From contig CANGTU010000010.1 in NCBI GenBank assembly GCA_947456965.1, positions 6,711-70,710 on the forward strand: DNA of 64,000 nucleotides. The letters are read 5' to 3'. Below are positions 55,730-64,000 of this stretch, piece after piece. A program made the translations under genes and the position numbers. Every line of letters starts with the position of its first letter. The stretch's first letter is position 1. The DNA is from Flavobacteriales bacterium (GTDB lineage Bacteria; Bacteroidota; Bacteroidia; Flavobacteriales_D; Sanyastnellaceae). The notes beneath the pieces were generated by a model. That model did not search any database. It was given only the letters and a program-made list of their open reading frames with translations, and was not told the origin of the DNA.

Positions 55730-57964
55730 ATGAGAGCACTGATTACACTCGCCGCGCTGCTGCTTGCGGCCTGCGTTCAGGCCCAGCAGCTCACGGGATA
55801 TGTGAGGGCGTCTGCTCTGGGTGAACCACTGGAGCAAGCCCAAGTTTTCTGGAAAGGCACGGCTGTTGGGTCCACAAGCCGGGCCGACGGGTATTTCGAA
55901 CTCCAGCGTGTTCCCGGCTATGATACCTTGGCTTGTCGCCTGGCGGGGTATCGGGAGTGGCAGTTATTCATTGCAACAGACCAGCAAGAGGTTATCATCA
56001 GCCTGGATCAGCCCATGGATGGGCCGGAAGTGGTGATTGAGGGCGAGCAGCGCGCACAGGAACTGAACTTGCTGGATGCCCAGCGCTTCCAGACACTCAA
56101 TGAGAAGGAATTATGCAAGGCCGCATGTTGCAGTCTGTCTGAGAGTTTCGAAACCAACGCATCGGTGGATGCTTCATACACAGATGCCATCACCGGAACA
56201 CGCCAGATCAAGATGCTTGGACTGGATGGAAAATATACCCAGGTGATGTTTGACAATATCCCTGCGGTTCGGGGACTGGCCACGATTTATGGCCTGGGTT
56301 ATCTGCCCGGCCCATGGATCAGGGAAATCGCTATTACCAAGGGTGCAGGATCTGTCGTGGCCGGGTATGAGAGCATCACCGGGCAAATCAATGTGGCGCA
56401 TAAGTCCTCCGAAATGAAGGAGCGGGTTTTTGTCAACGCCTATGCAGGATCACAAGGCCGCATGGAGTTCAACGGTATCTTCCGGCAGCCAATAGGTGAG
56501 CGTTGGCACAGCACGTGGTTCACGCATGCCTCATCCATCCAGCGCAGGATGGACATGAACGGGGATGGCTTTCTGGACAATCCACTTTTCTTCAACTCCA
56601 TCGTCCGAAATGAGTGGAAGTATACCGGAGCCCGCGGATTGCGGGGAGAGTATGCGGCAACTTATTCGAACCATGAGAGCACCAGTGGTCAGTTTAATTT
56701 TGATCCGCAGGATGATGTGCGGTCCAGGCTTTGGGGGGTGAACACGAATACCCAACGCGCCGATTTTTCAGCCAAAACGGGCTATGTCTTTCCCGATCAG
56801 GATGGTAAGAGCGTCGGTTCGCAGGTGAATGTGAACTGGCATCGGCAGACTGGTCTGTTTGGTGACCGGCGCTACGATGGCGAACAGGTTTCCGTTCGGG
56901 TCAACCTGCTGTATGCAGCTGAAATCACGGAAGAACTGAAGTTCATCAGCGGGCTGAGTTACAACCGGGATGATTATCAGGAGCAACTCGACACGGTGAA
57001 TTTCGACCGGATGGAATCCGTGCCGGGCGTGTTTTCGGAATTCACCTGGAATCGAGGCACGCGGCTCAGCGTGATCGCCGGAATCCGGGGTGATCTGCAT
57101 AACTATTACGGTGGTTTGCTCACCCCGAGGTTACACGCGCGCTGGAGTATTACGGACAGGACATCTCTCAAGGTTTCAGCCGGGATGGGCTACCGCACGC
57201 CTAATGTGGTCATGGATCACGTGGGGATGCTTGCGGGCAACAGGCAAATCCGGATCGAGGAGTCAGGGGCCGAATGGCCGTTTGGCCTGAGTATGGAACG
57301 TTCCACAACACTGGGCATCGTGCTGGGATCCAAGTTCAAGCTATTCTACCGGGATGCATCAGTCACTGTGGATTTTTATCGCACGCAATTCAGCGAACAG
57401 ATTGTGGCTGATTGGGAAACGCCCACTGTGGTCCGGTTCTATAATCTGAATGGTGAGAGCTGGTCTAATGCGGCGCAGGTTGAGTTGCAGAGCTCACCAG
57501 TGAAGCGAATGGAGTGGCGCATAGCATATCGTTGGCTCGATGCCCGCACGACCTACGATGATCGCCTTCTGATGCGCCCTCTCGTTGCCCAGCACCGCTT
57601 CTTCACGAACGTCGGATATGAGACCAGGGCCTCTGAGCGTGGAGCGAAATGGGCGTTTGATTTCACTGCGCGCTGGCTGGGTCGCCAGCGATTGCCTTCG
57701 ACATTCGCTAATCCAGACGCATTCCGTCTTCATCCCTGGAGCGATTCTTTTTGGATCATCAACGCACAGGTCGCTTACCATTTCAGCAAGAAGCTCGAGC
57801 TCTATGCGGGTGGCGAGAACCTGGGTAATTTCATGGTTATGGACCCTATCATTGGGGCGGAAAATCCGGATAATCCGCTCTTTGATGCCTCTCTGGTGTG
57901 GGGGCCTGTATTCGGAAGAATGGGATACGTGGGCCTGCGTTGGAGGATTGGAGCTGAGGATTGA
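55730..57964 (+). CDS. TonB-dependent receptor with N-terminal CarboxypepD_reg-like domain
   Basis: Signal peptide MRALITLAALLLAACVQAQ. Carboxypeptidase-regulatory-like domain LTGYVRA...GYFEL. The plug contains CKAACCSLSESFETNASVD. A long barrel ends in GYVGLRWRI. The track start at 55724 is TTG; the ATG at 55730 is preferred. Confidence 0.9.
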   Translation: MRALITLAALLLAACVQAQQLTGYVRASALGEPLEQAQVFWKGTAVGSTSRADGYFELQRVPGYDTLACRLAGYREWQLFIATDQQEVIISLDQPMDGPEVVIEGEQRAQELNLLDAQRFQTLNEKELCKAACCSLSESFETNASVDASYTDAITGTRQIKMLGLDGKYTQVMFDNIPAVRGLATIYGLGYLPGPWIREIAITKGAGSVVAGYESITGQINVAHKSSEMKERVFVNAYAGSQGRMEFNGIFRQPIGERWHSTWFTHASSIQRRMDMNGDGFLDNPLFFNSIVRNEWKYTGARGLRGEYAATYSNHESTSGQFNFDPQDDVRSRLWGVNTNTQRADFSAKTGYVFPDQDGKSVGSQVNVNWHRQTGLFGDRRYDGEQVSVRVNLLYAAEITEELKFISGLSYNRDDYQEQLDTVNFDRMESVPGVFSEFTWNRGTRLSVIAGIRGDLHNYYGGLLTPRLHARWSITDRTSLKVSAGMGYRTPNVVMDHVGMLAGNRQIRIEESGAEWPFGLSMERSTTLGIVLGSKFKLFYRDASVTVDFYRTQFSEQIVADWETPTVVRFYNLNGESWSNAAQVELQSSPVKRMEWRIAYRWLDARTTYDDRLLMRPLVAQHRFFTNVGYETRASERGAKWAFDFTARWLGRQRLPSTFANPDAFRLHPWSDSFWIINAQVAYHFSKKLELYAGGENLGNFMVMDPIIGAENPDNPLFDASLVWGPVFGRMGYVGLRWRIGAED

Positions 57965-57987
57965 TCAAAGAGCAGATCATGGAAATG

Positions 57988-58023
57988 AAAAGACCCCCAG
58001 GTGATGATGACTGGGGGTCTTTT
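57988..58023. terminator. strong bidirectional Rho-independent terminator
   Basis: AAA-AGACCCCCAG-GTGATGATGA-CTGGGGGTCT-TTT: a perfect 10-bp stem with A/T runs on both sides. It lies between the convergent TonB receptor gene and the minus-strand genes. Confidence 0.75.
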
Positions 58024-58061
58024 CAGTATGGCCCGGTGAAATCCGGGAACGAAGTCAACGG

Positions 58062-58208
58062 TCAGTGCGGGGTGCTGATCTGAATAATCTGGATGCGCAG
58101 GTCGTGAAGGGCTACCAACTTGGCGAGGTAAGCATTCACATTACCACTTTGCATCATCTCAACCGCTTGTTGTTTCATGGCGGTGTACTTGTGTTTCAAC
58201 TCGTTCAT
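58062..58208 (-). CDS. possible 48-aa small protein
   Basis: ATG-initiated ORF below the track cutoff: MNELKHKYTAMKQQAVEMMQSGNVNAYLAKLVALHDLRIQIIQISTPH. It is predicted helical, and it is followed on its own strand by two hairpins, including the strong terminator. No homology was recognised. Confidence 0.35.
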   Translation of the reverse strand: MNELKHKYTAMKQQAVEMMQSGNVNAYLAKLVALHDLRIQIIQISTPH

Positions 58209-58275
58209 GGCTCACAGGTATTGGTTGATGACAAGAAGACAAGCGACGTGCCAAAATCCCTACCGGAGAGAGGAA

Positions 58276-58854
58276 CTAGAGATAGAGCCCGAACCGCTCT
58301 ATATATTCCCGAACAACATCGGGAGTGAGGTACCGGATGCTTAGACCTCTTCGAACGAGCTCCCGGATGTGCGTGGCGGAGATTCCGATGGCAGGCGCTC
58401 CGGGGTCCACAAAGCGCAGTACCCCGGCCAGCTCTGGATTGGGAGGCCCATCATTTTCCCGGGGAAAGACGGCCACGGGAAAGGTGGAAAAGAGCCAGCG
58501 GGCATCCTTCCACAGGTGGAGCTGCGGCAGGTTATCTCCGCCTATGAGGATCACAAACTCTTTTTCCGGATAGTCTCCGATAAGGCGGCGCATGGTATCG
58601 GCCGTATAAGAGGGCATGGGTAATCCCAACTCCGCCTCCGATACACATAGATGAAGGTTGCCGGCAATGGCAAGCCTCACCATTTCTGCACGATGACCGG
58701 CATCAGCCAGCACAGCGTTTTCCTTAAACGGATTGAGCGGGCTGACTACAAACCAGACCTCATCCACGATTCCGGCATTCAGGAAATGTTGCGCCACAAT
58801 CAAGTGCCCCGTGTGAATGGGATTGAAGGATCCGAAGAAGAGACCTGTCTTCAC
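58276..58854 (-). CDS. nadD: nicotinate-nucleotide adenylyltransferase
   Basis: GLFFGSFNPIHTGHL (the (H/T)xGH motif) and the ISATHIR motif. It overlaps the gmk stop by 4 nt. Confidence 0.9.
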   Translation of the reverse strand: MKTGLFFGSFNPIHTGHLIVAQHFLNAGIVDEVWFVVSPLNPFKENAVLADAGHRAEMVRLAIAGNLHLCVSEAELGLPMPSYTADTMRRLIGDYPEKEFVILIGGDNLPQLHLWKDARWLFSTFPVAVFPRENDGPPNPELAGVLRFVDPGAPAIGISATHIRELVRRGLSIRYLTPDVVREYIERFGLYL

Positions 58855-59432
58855 GTGTGAAGGAATTTCCTGACACTCTCTTCCGCGTCTTGCAGCGCCT
58901 GTTCGAGGTTGTCGTTGATCAGCACCATGTCGAAACGCGGAGCGAAGGTGAGCTCATGACGGGCTTTCGCAATGCGCATAGCAATCTTGTCAGGGCTTTC
59001 CGTTGACCGGTTTTGCAACCGGTGTTCCAATACCTCGATACTGGGAGGCTGAACGAAGACCGACAGGGCCGTGGTGCCGAAGTGGTTTTTCAGACTGATA
59101 CCACCCACCACATCCACATCGAAGATCACATTGCGCCCCTCGGACCAGATGCGGTCGATTTCGGAGCGTAGGGTGCCGTAGAGTTGATTATGGTAAACCT
59201 CTTCCCACTCGAGAAAATCGCCGAGCCGAACCCGTGTGCGGAATTCATCTGGAGACAGAAAGAAGTAATCCCGCGCGTCCTGTTCGTTCTCCCGCATGGA
59301 GCGGCTTGTGGCTGAAACCGAGAAGGATAGCCGAAGGTCAGGGATGCCCAGCAAGTGGCGGACGATGGTAGTCTTGCCTGCCCCACTTGGAGCGGAGAAG
59401 ATGATCGCCTTACCCTTAAGTTGTGCCGACAT
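58851..59432 (-). CDS. gmk: guanylate kinase
   Basis: P-loop FSAPSGAGKTT; SVSATSR..R..E..G.DYFF; LEWEEVY...YGT. Confidence 0.92.
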   Translation of the reverse strand: MSAQLKGKAIIFSAPSGAGKTTIVRHLLGIPDLRLSFSVSATSRSMRENEQDARDYFFLSPDEFRTRVRLGDFLEWEEVYHNQLYGTLRSEIDRIWSEGRNVIFDVDVVGGISLKNHFGTTALSVFVQPPSIEVLEHRLQNRSTESPDKIAMRIAKARHELTFAPRFDMVLINDNLEQALQDAEESVRKFLHT

Positions 59433-59467
59433 GGCTGCAAAGATGGGAAATCACAGACGGAACAGGC

Positions 59468-60337
59468 TCACAGCACGTTGTTGATCTGCTCCTTGATCTT
59501 TTCGAGCTCGTCCTTCATGTGCACCACGATGCGCTGCATATCTGAGTCATTGGCCTTGGAGCCAATGGTGTTGATTTCACGGCCTATTTCCTGACTGATG
59601 AATCCAAGCTTTTTCCCTTGGCCATCGCCCTGTAATTCTTCTTCGAAATGTTCGCAATTGGTCAGCAGACGCTGGAGTTCCTCTGACACATCCAGGCGCT
59701 CCAGGTAATAGATGACCTCCTGTTCGAACCGATTGGCGTCCACCTTATCCGGGGGAACCAGCTCCAGCAGGGAGCTGTTCAGTTTTTCCCGCATGCGCTC
59801 CCTGCGCAGTCGTATGGGCTCCACAAGGTCATTGCGCAAGTTGCGGATCAGGGCGATACGCTGGCTGAAGTCGGCGGACAACTTGCTTCCCTCCGCGCAA
59901 CGGTATTGGTTAAACCGGGTATAAGCATCTTTCACCAAGGCCTCTATTTGCTTCCACTCTTGTTCATCCGGCTCCTGATTTTCCGGCTTCAGTACATCGG
60001 GAATCCGCATGAGGGCATTCAGGTAGTCACCGGATGGGATACCGGAGCGATCCGCGAATTGACGGAGGTCGGCGTAATAACTCTCGAGAAGCGGCAGGTT
60101 TATGGAAACACGCTTTTCAGGCTCCAGACTCTCGTAGTAGATGAGCACGTCGGCCTTGCCGCGCAGAATACGCTCAGACAGCCAAGAGCGCAGATCCATT
60201 TCCTTGTCGCGGTATACACCGGGCATACGCAGGTTGAAGTCAAGCTGCTTGCTATTGAGCGAACGGACTTCCGCCGTGAACTTCTTTTGTCCGATTATCG
60301 CTTCGGCCTTTCCAAAGCCGGTCATGGATCGCAGCAT
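59468..60337 (-). CDS. yicC: YicC-family stress-induced protein
   Basis: MLRSMTGFGKAE N-terminus and the C-terminal EIGREINTIGSKAND..MQ..VV.MK.ELEKIKEQ..NV. The ATG at 60337 is preferred to the track start at 60382. Confidence 0.88.
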   Translation of the reverse strand: MLRSMTGFGKAEAIIGQKKFTAEVRSLNSKQLDFNLRMPGVYRDKEMDLRSWLSERILRGKADVLIYYESLEPEKRVSINLPLLESYYADLRQFADRSGIPSGDYLNALMRIPDVLKPENQEPDEQEWKQIEALVKDAYTRFNQYRCAEGSKLSADFSQRIALIRNLRNDLVEPIRLRRERMREKLNSSLLELVPPDKVDANRFEQEVIYYLERLDVSEELQRLLTNCEHFEEELQGDGQGKKLGFISQEIGREINTIGSKANDSDMQRIVVHMKDELEKIKEQINNVL

Positions 60338-60425
60338 AATTCGCGGGAATGAGTTGATGAGCCAAAGATAGCGGGTGAACACGCGGGCATGGCCAGGCGT
60401 TTTTCATTGTTCCTTTGCAATCCTT

Positions 60426-61439
60426 ATGAGCAAAAAAACGGCAATCCTGTTAGTGAACCTGGGCTCCCCTGACAGCCCCAAGCCTCGAGATGTATACCGC
60501 TACCTGACGGAGTTTCTGAATGATCCTCGGGTCATTGATGTTCCCTGGCTGGCGAGAGCGCTGCTGGTAAATGGCATCATCGTGCCATTCAGGCACCGCA
60601 AGAGCGCCAAGGTGTACAAGGAGCTATGGACCGAAAATGGCTCACCTCTGATTCACTACGGCAACCGCGTCCGTGAACTCTTGCAGGAGCGTTTCCGCGA
60701 TGGAGAGCGCGTATTTCTTGCCATGCGTTATCAAAACCCCTCGATGGACAAGGTCCTGCAGGAAATCCATGACTGGGGGGCCGATCAGATTTTGCTCGTG
60801 CCGCTGTTTCCCCAGTACGCCTCGGCCACCAATGGCAGTGTCATGGCCAAGGCCTTTGCAATCATGAAGAAGTGGTGGGTGATACCCAACGTGAAGATGA
60901 TCGCTCAGTTTTATGATTTGCCCGAGTACATCCGTGGATTTGTAGAGAACGGAAAGGCCTTTAACCTTGATGAATATGACCATGTGCTCTTCAGTTACCA
61001 CGGGTTACCGGAGCGTCAGGTGGACAAGGTATATGAGGACAGGGCATGCCGTAATCACAGCTGTGAGCACGAGATCAATGACGAGAATAAATTCTGCTAC
61101 AAGGCGACGTGCTATGCCACTACCCGAGCGATTGCCTCGGGCCTTGGACTCCGGGGATCAGACTATACCGTATGCTTTCAGAGCCGGCTTGGAAGAGGAT
61201 GGATTGAACCGTTCTCTGACAAGGTAATCGAGGAGCTGGCGAAGAAGGGTGCGCGGAAGCTGTTGGTCTTTTCTCCCGCATTCGTCGCCGATTGCCTGGA
61301 GACGATTATCGAAATCGGTGAGGAATACCAGGAGCTCTTTGAGAAACACGGTGGCGAAAAAGTTCAGCTTGTTCCGAGCCTGAACGACTCAGCAACGTGG
61401 ATTGACGGCTTGGAGCGCCTGGTCAGGACGAATCTCTGA
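60426..61439 (+). CDS. hemH: ferrochelatase
   Basis: ILLVNLGSPDSP...V..YL.EFL.D.RVI; PL.PQYASAT.GS; FSYHG.PER; the C-terminal F..AFVADCLET..EI. Confidence 0.92.
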   Translation: MSKKTAILLVNLGSPDSPKPRDVYRYLTEFLNDPRVIDVPWLARALLVNGIIVPFRHRKSAKVYKELWTENGSPLIHYGNRVRELLQERFRDGERVFLAMRYQNPSMDKVLQEIHDWGADQILLVPLFPQYASATNGSVMAKAFAIMKKWWVIPNVKMIAQFYDLPEYIRGFVENGKAFNLDEYDHVLFSYHGLPERQVDKVYEDRACRNHSCEHEINDENKFCYKATCYATTRAIASGLGLRGSDYTVCFQSRLGRGWIEPFSDKVIEELAKKGARKLLVFSPAFVADCLETIIEIGEEYQELFEKHGGEKVQLVPSLNDSATWIDGLERLVRTNL

Positions 61440-61944
61440 ACCAGGAGGCGTACATCAGGTAATTATCCGCAATGCGCCTTACCTCGCCGGCAAACAACTC
61501 AGGAGATACTTCCTTCACTTTTTTTGCGGGGATACCAGCATAGACGCTGCCGGCTGGAATATGTGTGCCTTCTGTTACAACGGCACCTGCCGCAACGATG
61601 GATCCTGACTCCACAACGCAGTGGTCCATGATAATGGCCCCCATTCCGATCAATACGTTATCATGGATTGTACAACCATGCACAATGGCACCATGACCGA
61701 TAGAGACATGATTACCGATGGTTGTGGCGGCTTTCTCATAGGTGCAATGCACGACAGCGTTGTCCTGGATATTCACCTTGTTACCGATACGGATGCTGTT
61801 CACATCGCCGCGCACCACAGCGTTGAACCAGAAACTGCAGTCATCTCCGCATTTCACATCACCAACAATTGTCGCATTATCCGCGATATAACACGAATGG
61901 CCAAAGCGGGGATGGAATCCCCTGACTGGTTTGATCAATCCCAT
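61423..61944 (-). CDS. gamma-class carbonic anhydrase / hexapeptide-repeat (YrdA/PaaY-like) protein
   Basis: Left-handed beta-helix hexapeptide repeats (YIADNATIVGDVKCGDDCSFWFNAVVRGDVNSIRIGNKVNIQDNAVVH...GHGAIVHGCTI). Its 3' end overlaps the hemH 3' end by 17 nt (convergent). Confidence 0.85.
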   Translation of the reverse strand: MGLIKPVRGFHPRFGHSCYIADNATIVGDVKCGDDCSFWFNAVVRGDVNSIRIGNKVNIQDNAVVHCTYEKAATTIGNHVSIGHGAIVHGCTIHDNVLIGMGAIIMDHCVVESGSIVAAGAVVTEGTHIPAGSVYAGIPAKKVKEVSPELFAGEVRRIADNYLMYASWFRDSS

Positions 61945-61968
61945 AGGGCACGCAAGTAAGCAATAAAA

Positions 61969-63507
61969 TCACCCCGCCCAGTTTTCGCGATCCAGACTGC
62001 GGTATTGGATGGCTTCTGCCAGGTGATGTGTCCGAATGGGCCCGGATTTTTCGAGGTCGGCAATGGTACGGGCGACTTTGAGAATGCGGTCGTAGGCACG
62101 GGCCGATAACTTGAGCCGGCTCATGGCATTTTTCATCAGGACATGTCCTGACTCATCAATGCCGCAATGTTCTTTGATCAGTTTGCTGTCCATCTGGGCG
62201 TTACAATATATAGAGGCGTGCTGCTGAAAGCGGTCTTCCTGGAGGGTGCGCGATTCTATCACTCGTGCCCGGATAGCAGCGCTGCCCTCTCCACGTCGCG
62301 ACTCCGCGAGCTGTTCATAGGTTACAGGAGTAACTTCAATGTGGATGTCAATCCGGTCGAGGAGGGGGCCGCTGACTTTGTTCAGGTACTTCTGCACCAC
62401 GCCAGGTCCGCAAACGCACTCCTTTTCAGGGTGGTTGTAGAAGCCACACGGGCAGGGATTCATGGAGGCAATAAGCATAAAGCTGGCGGGATATTCCACA
62501 GAAAACCGGCTTCGGCTGATGGTGACAACTCGATCCTCAAGCGGCTGGCGCATAACCTCCAGAACAGTGCGCTTGAACTCGGGCAACTCATCCAGGAACA
62601 GTACGCCGTGATGGGCAAGTGATATTTCACCCGGTTGCGGAAAGCTTCCGCCTCCCACGAGCGCGACATCAGAAATGGTGTGGTGCGGAGCCCGAAAGGG
62701 TCTTGTGCTGATGAGCGCTTCGTTCTTGCGCAGTTTGCCGGCAACGCTGTGAATCTTGGTGGTTTCAAGAGCTTCGGCCAGATTTAACGGGGGCAGGATG
62801 GTTGGAAGCCGCTTGGCGAGCATTGTTTTTCCTGCTCCGGGAGGACCGACCAGAATCACGTTGTGTCCGCCGGCCGCCGCAATCTCAAAGGCCCGCTTAA
62901 TGTTTTCCTGTCCTTTGACATCGGCGAAGTCCACGGGATACTTATCAAGCCGGTTGTAGAATTCTTCCCGCGTGTTCACGATGGTTCGGTCCAACACTTT
63001 GCCCTCCTGAAAGAAGGCAATCAACTCAGAAATGTGGGAGATGCCATAGACCTCGATATCGTTGACAATGGCTGCCTCGCGGGCATTTTGCACGGGGATG
63101 AACATACCCCGGAACCCCTCCTTTCTTGCTTGAATGGCAATGGGCAGAACGCCACTGATAGGGCGCAGACCACCGTCTAGAGACAGTTCTCCCATCATGA
63201 CATAATCCCCAATGCCCTCGCATTTGATTTGTTCGGTAGCGGCAAGTATGCCAATGGCAAGTGGCAGATCATAGGCAGATCCCTCCTTACGCACATCGGC
63301 AGGAGCCATATTGATGGTGATACTGCGCACGGGAAGCTGCATACCAGCCTGCGCAAGGGCTGATCGGATTCGTTGTTGCGCCTCCTTGACTGCCGTGTCA
63401 GGAAGCCCCACGATAGCCATGGACGCGCCTTTATCGGAGTTGACTTCAATGGTTATCGTAGCCGCGCTCACACCGAAAACGGCGCTGCCGAATGTTTTCA
63501 CGAGCAT
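61969..63507 (-). CDS. comM: YifB/ComM-family Mg-chelatase-like AAA+ ATPase
   Basis: N-terminal Lon-protease-like domain ([18 protein letters not shown]), [48 protein letters not shown], and the C-terminal [18 protein letters not shown]. Confidence 0.92.
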   Translation of the reverse strand: MLVKTFGSAVFGVSAATITIEVNSDKGASMAIVGLPDTAVKEAQQRIRSALAQAGMQLPVRSITINMAPADVRKEGSAYDLPLAIGILAATEQIKCEGIGDYVMMGELSLDGGLRPISGVLPIAIQARKEGFRGMFIPVQNAREAAIVNDIEVYGISHISELIAFFQEGKVLDRTIVNTREEFYNRLDKYPVDFADVKGQENIKRAFEIAAAGGHNVILVGPPGAGKTMLAKRLPTILPPLNLAEALETTKIHSVAGKLRKNEALISTRPFRAPHHTISDVALVGGGSFPQPGEISLAHHGVLFLDELPEFKRTVLEVMRQPLEDRVVTISRSRFSVEYPASFMLIASMNPCPCGFYNHPEKECVCGPGVVQKYLNKVSGPLLDRIDIHIEVTPVTYEQLAESRRGEGSAAIRARVIESRTLQEDRFQQHASIYCNAQMDSKLIKEHCGIDESGHVLMKNAMSRLKLSARAYDRILKVARTIADLEKSGPIRTHHLAEAIQYRSLDRENWAG

Positions 63508-63588
63508 GTTTGTTCCTTTTTTTCAGGAACAAAAGTGATTGCCTTGTTACAGGTATAGAGGGAATAAATTATGCGCCGGGTGCATGAA

Positions 63589-64000
63589 TTATGCTGCCAA
63601 ATTCCGCTCGATATAATCGATCAATGCGTGAATGACTTTGATGTGCACTTCTTGTATACGGTCGGCATAGCCGTGCCACGGTACCCGCACTTCTGCATCG
63701 GCAAGTGGAGCGAGCGTGCCGCCGTCTTTTCCGGAGAGAATAATCACTTTCATGCCCTGTGCCCGGGCCGCTTTTGCCGCTTCAATCACGTTGGCTGAGT
63801 TGCCGCTGGTAGAGATGCCCAGGAGCACGTCGCCTTCCTTACCCACACCTTCTACGAAACGGGAAAAGACAAACTGAAACCCGTAATCGTTGCCCACACA
63901 CGTGATGTGTGAAGGATCAGAGATGCTGATTGCAGCGATGGAATTCCGGTTGTCGCGGTAGCGGCCAGTGAGTTCTTCAGCGAAGTGCATGGCATCACAC
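63589..64000 (-). CDS. gmhA: D-sedoheptulose 7-phosphate isomerase (SIS domain), C-terminal ~136 aa; N-terminus lies beyond the right window edge
   Basis: ...[10 protein letters not shown]...[38 protein letters not shown]...A...GMKVI.L.G.DGG. The frame stays open to the window end. Confidence 0.85.
   Translation of the reverse strand, partial: CDAMHFAEELTGRYRDNRNSIAAISISDPSHITCVGNDYGFQFVFSRFVEGVGKEGDVLLGISTSGNSANVIEAAKAARAQGMKVIILSGKDGGTLAPLADAEVRVPWHGYADRIQEVHIKVIHALIDYIERNLAA

Overview
This window reads as chromosomal DNA from a Bacteroidota genome. Three things point to the phylum: a type-B T9SS C-terminal sorting domain, TAnnTTTG-type -7 promoter boxes, and a DUF4271-hemD gene pairing alongside an sdhCAB operon with a b558-type SdhC. 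About 90% of the window is coding, and most of that is core housekeeping. The housekeeping genes are gatA, tatA, rluB, hemD, dprA, ispB, ybeY, mnmG, rpiB, lpdA, sdhCAB, tsf-rpsB-rpsI-rplM, rfbD, a phosphosugar mutase, nadD, gmk, yicC, hemH, comM and gmhA. There are also two tRNA genes, Cys-GCA and Gln-TTG. I found no rRNA, CRISPR array, transposase, integrase, reverse transcriptase or recognisable defence or toxin module. Five parts of the window are less ordinary. (1) A conserved-looking but uncharacterised trio: a Cys/His-rich membrane protein, a secreted HMA-domain protein and a TonB-dependent receptor (54.9-58.0 kb). (2) A lower-GC, translationally coupled operon encoding a secreted MORN-repeat protein, a soluble 5xPAS HisKA_2 kinase and a LytTR regulator (23.6-28.8 kb). 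It converges, with only 12 nt between stop codons, on a 1879-aa PKD-repeat T9SS adhesin. (3) A 1122-aa membrane-anchored protein with a long E/K/Q-rich coiled coil (DUF4175-like), preceded by an AT-rich non-coding patch and an orphan 84-aa ORF. (4) A 1183-aa predicted outer-membrane barrel of unknown function. (5) Several unexplained non-coding stretches (2.2-2.5 kb, 46.1-46.5 kb). None of these is proven novel from sequence alone. All product calls rest on motif recognition by eye; no searches were run.
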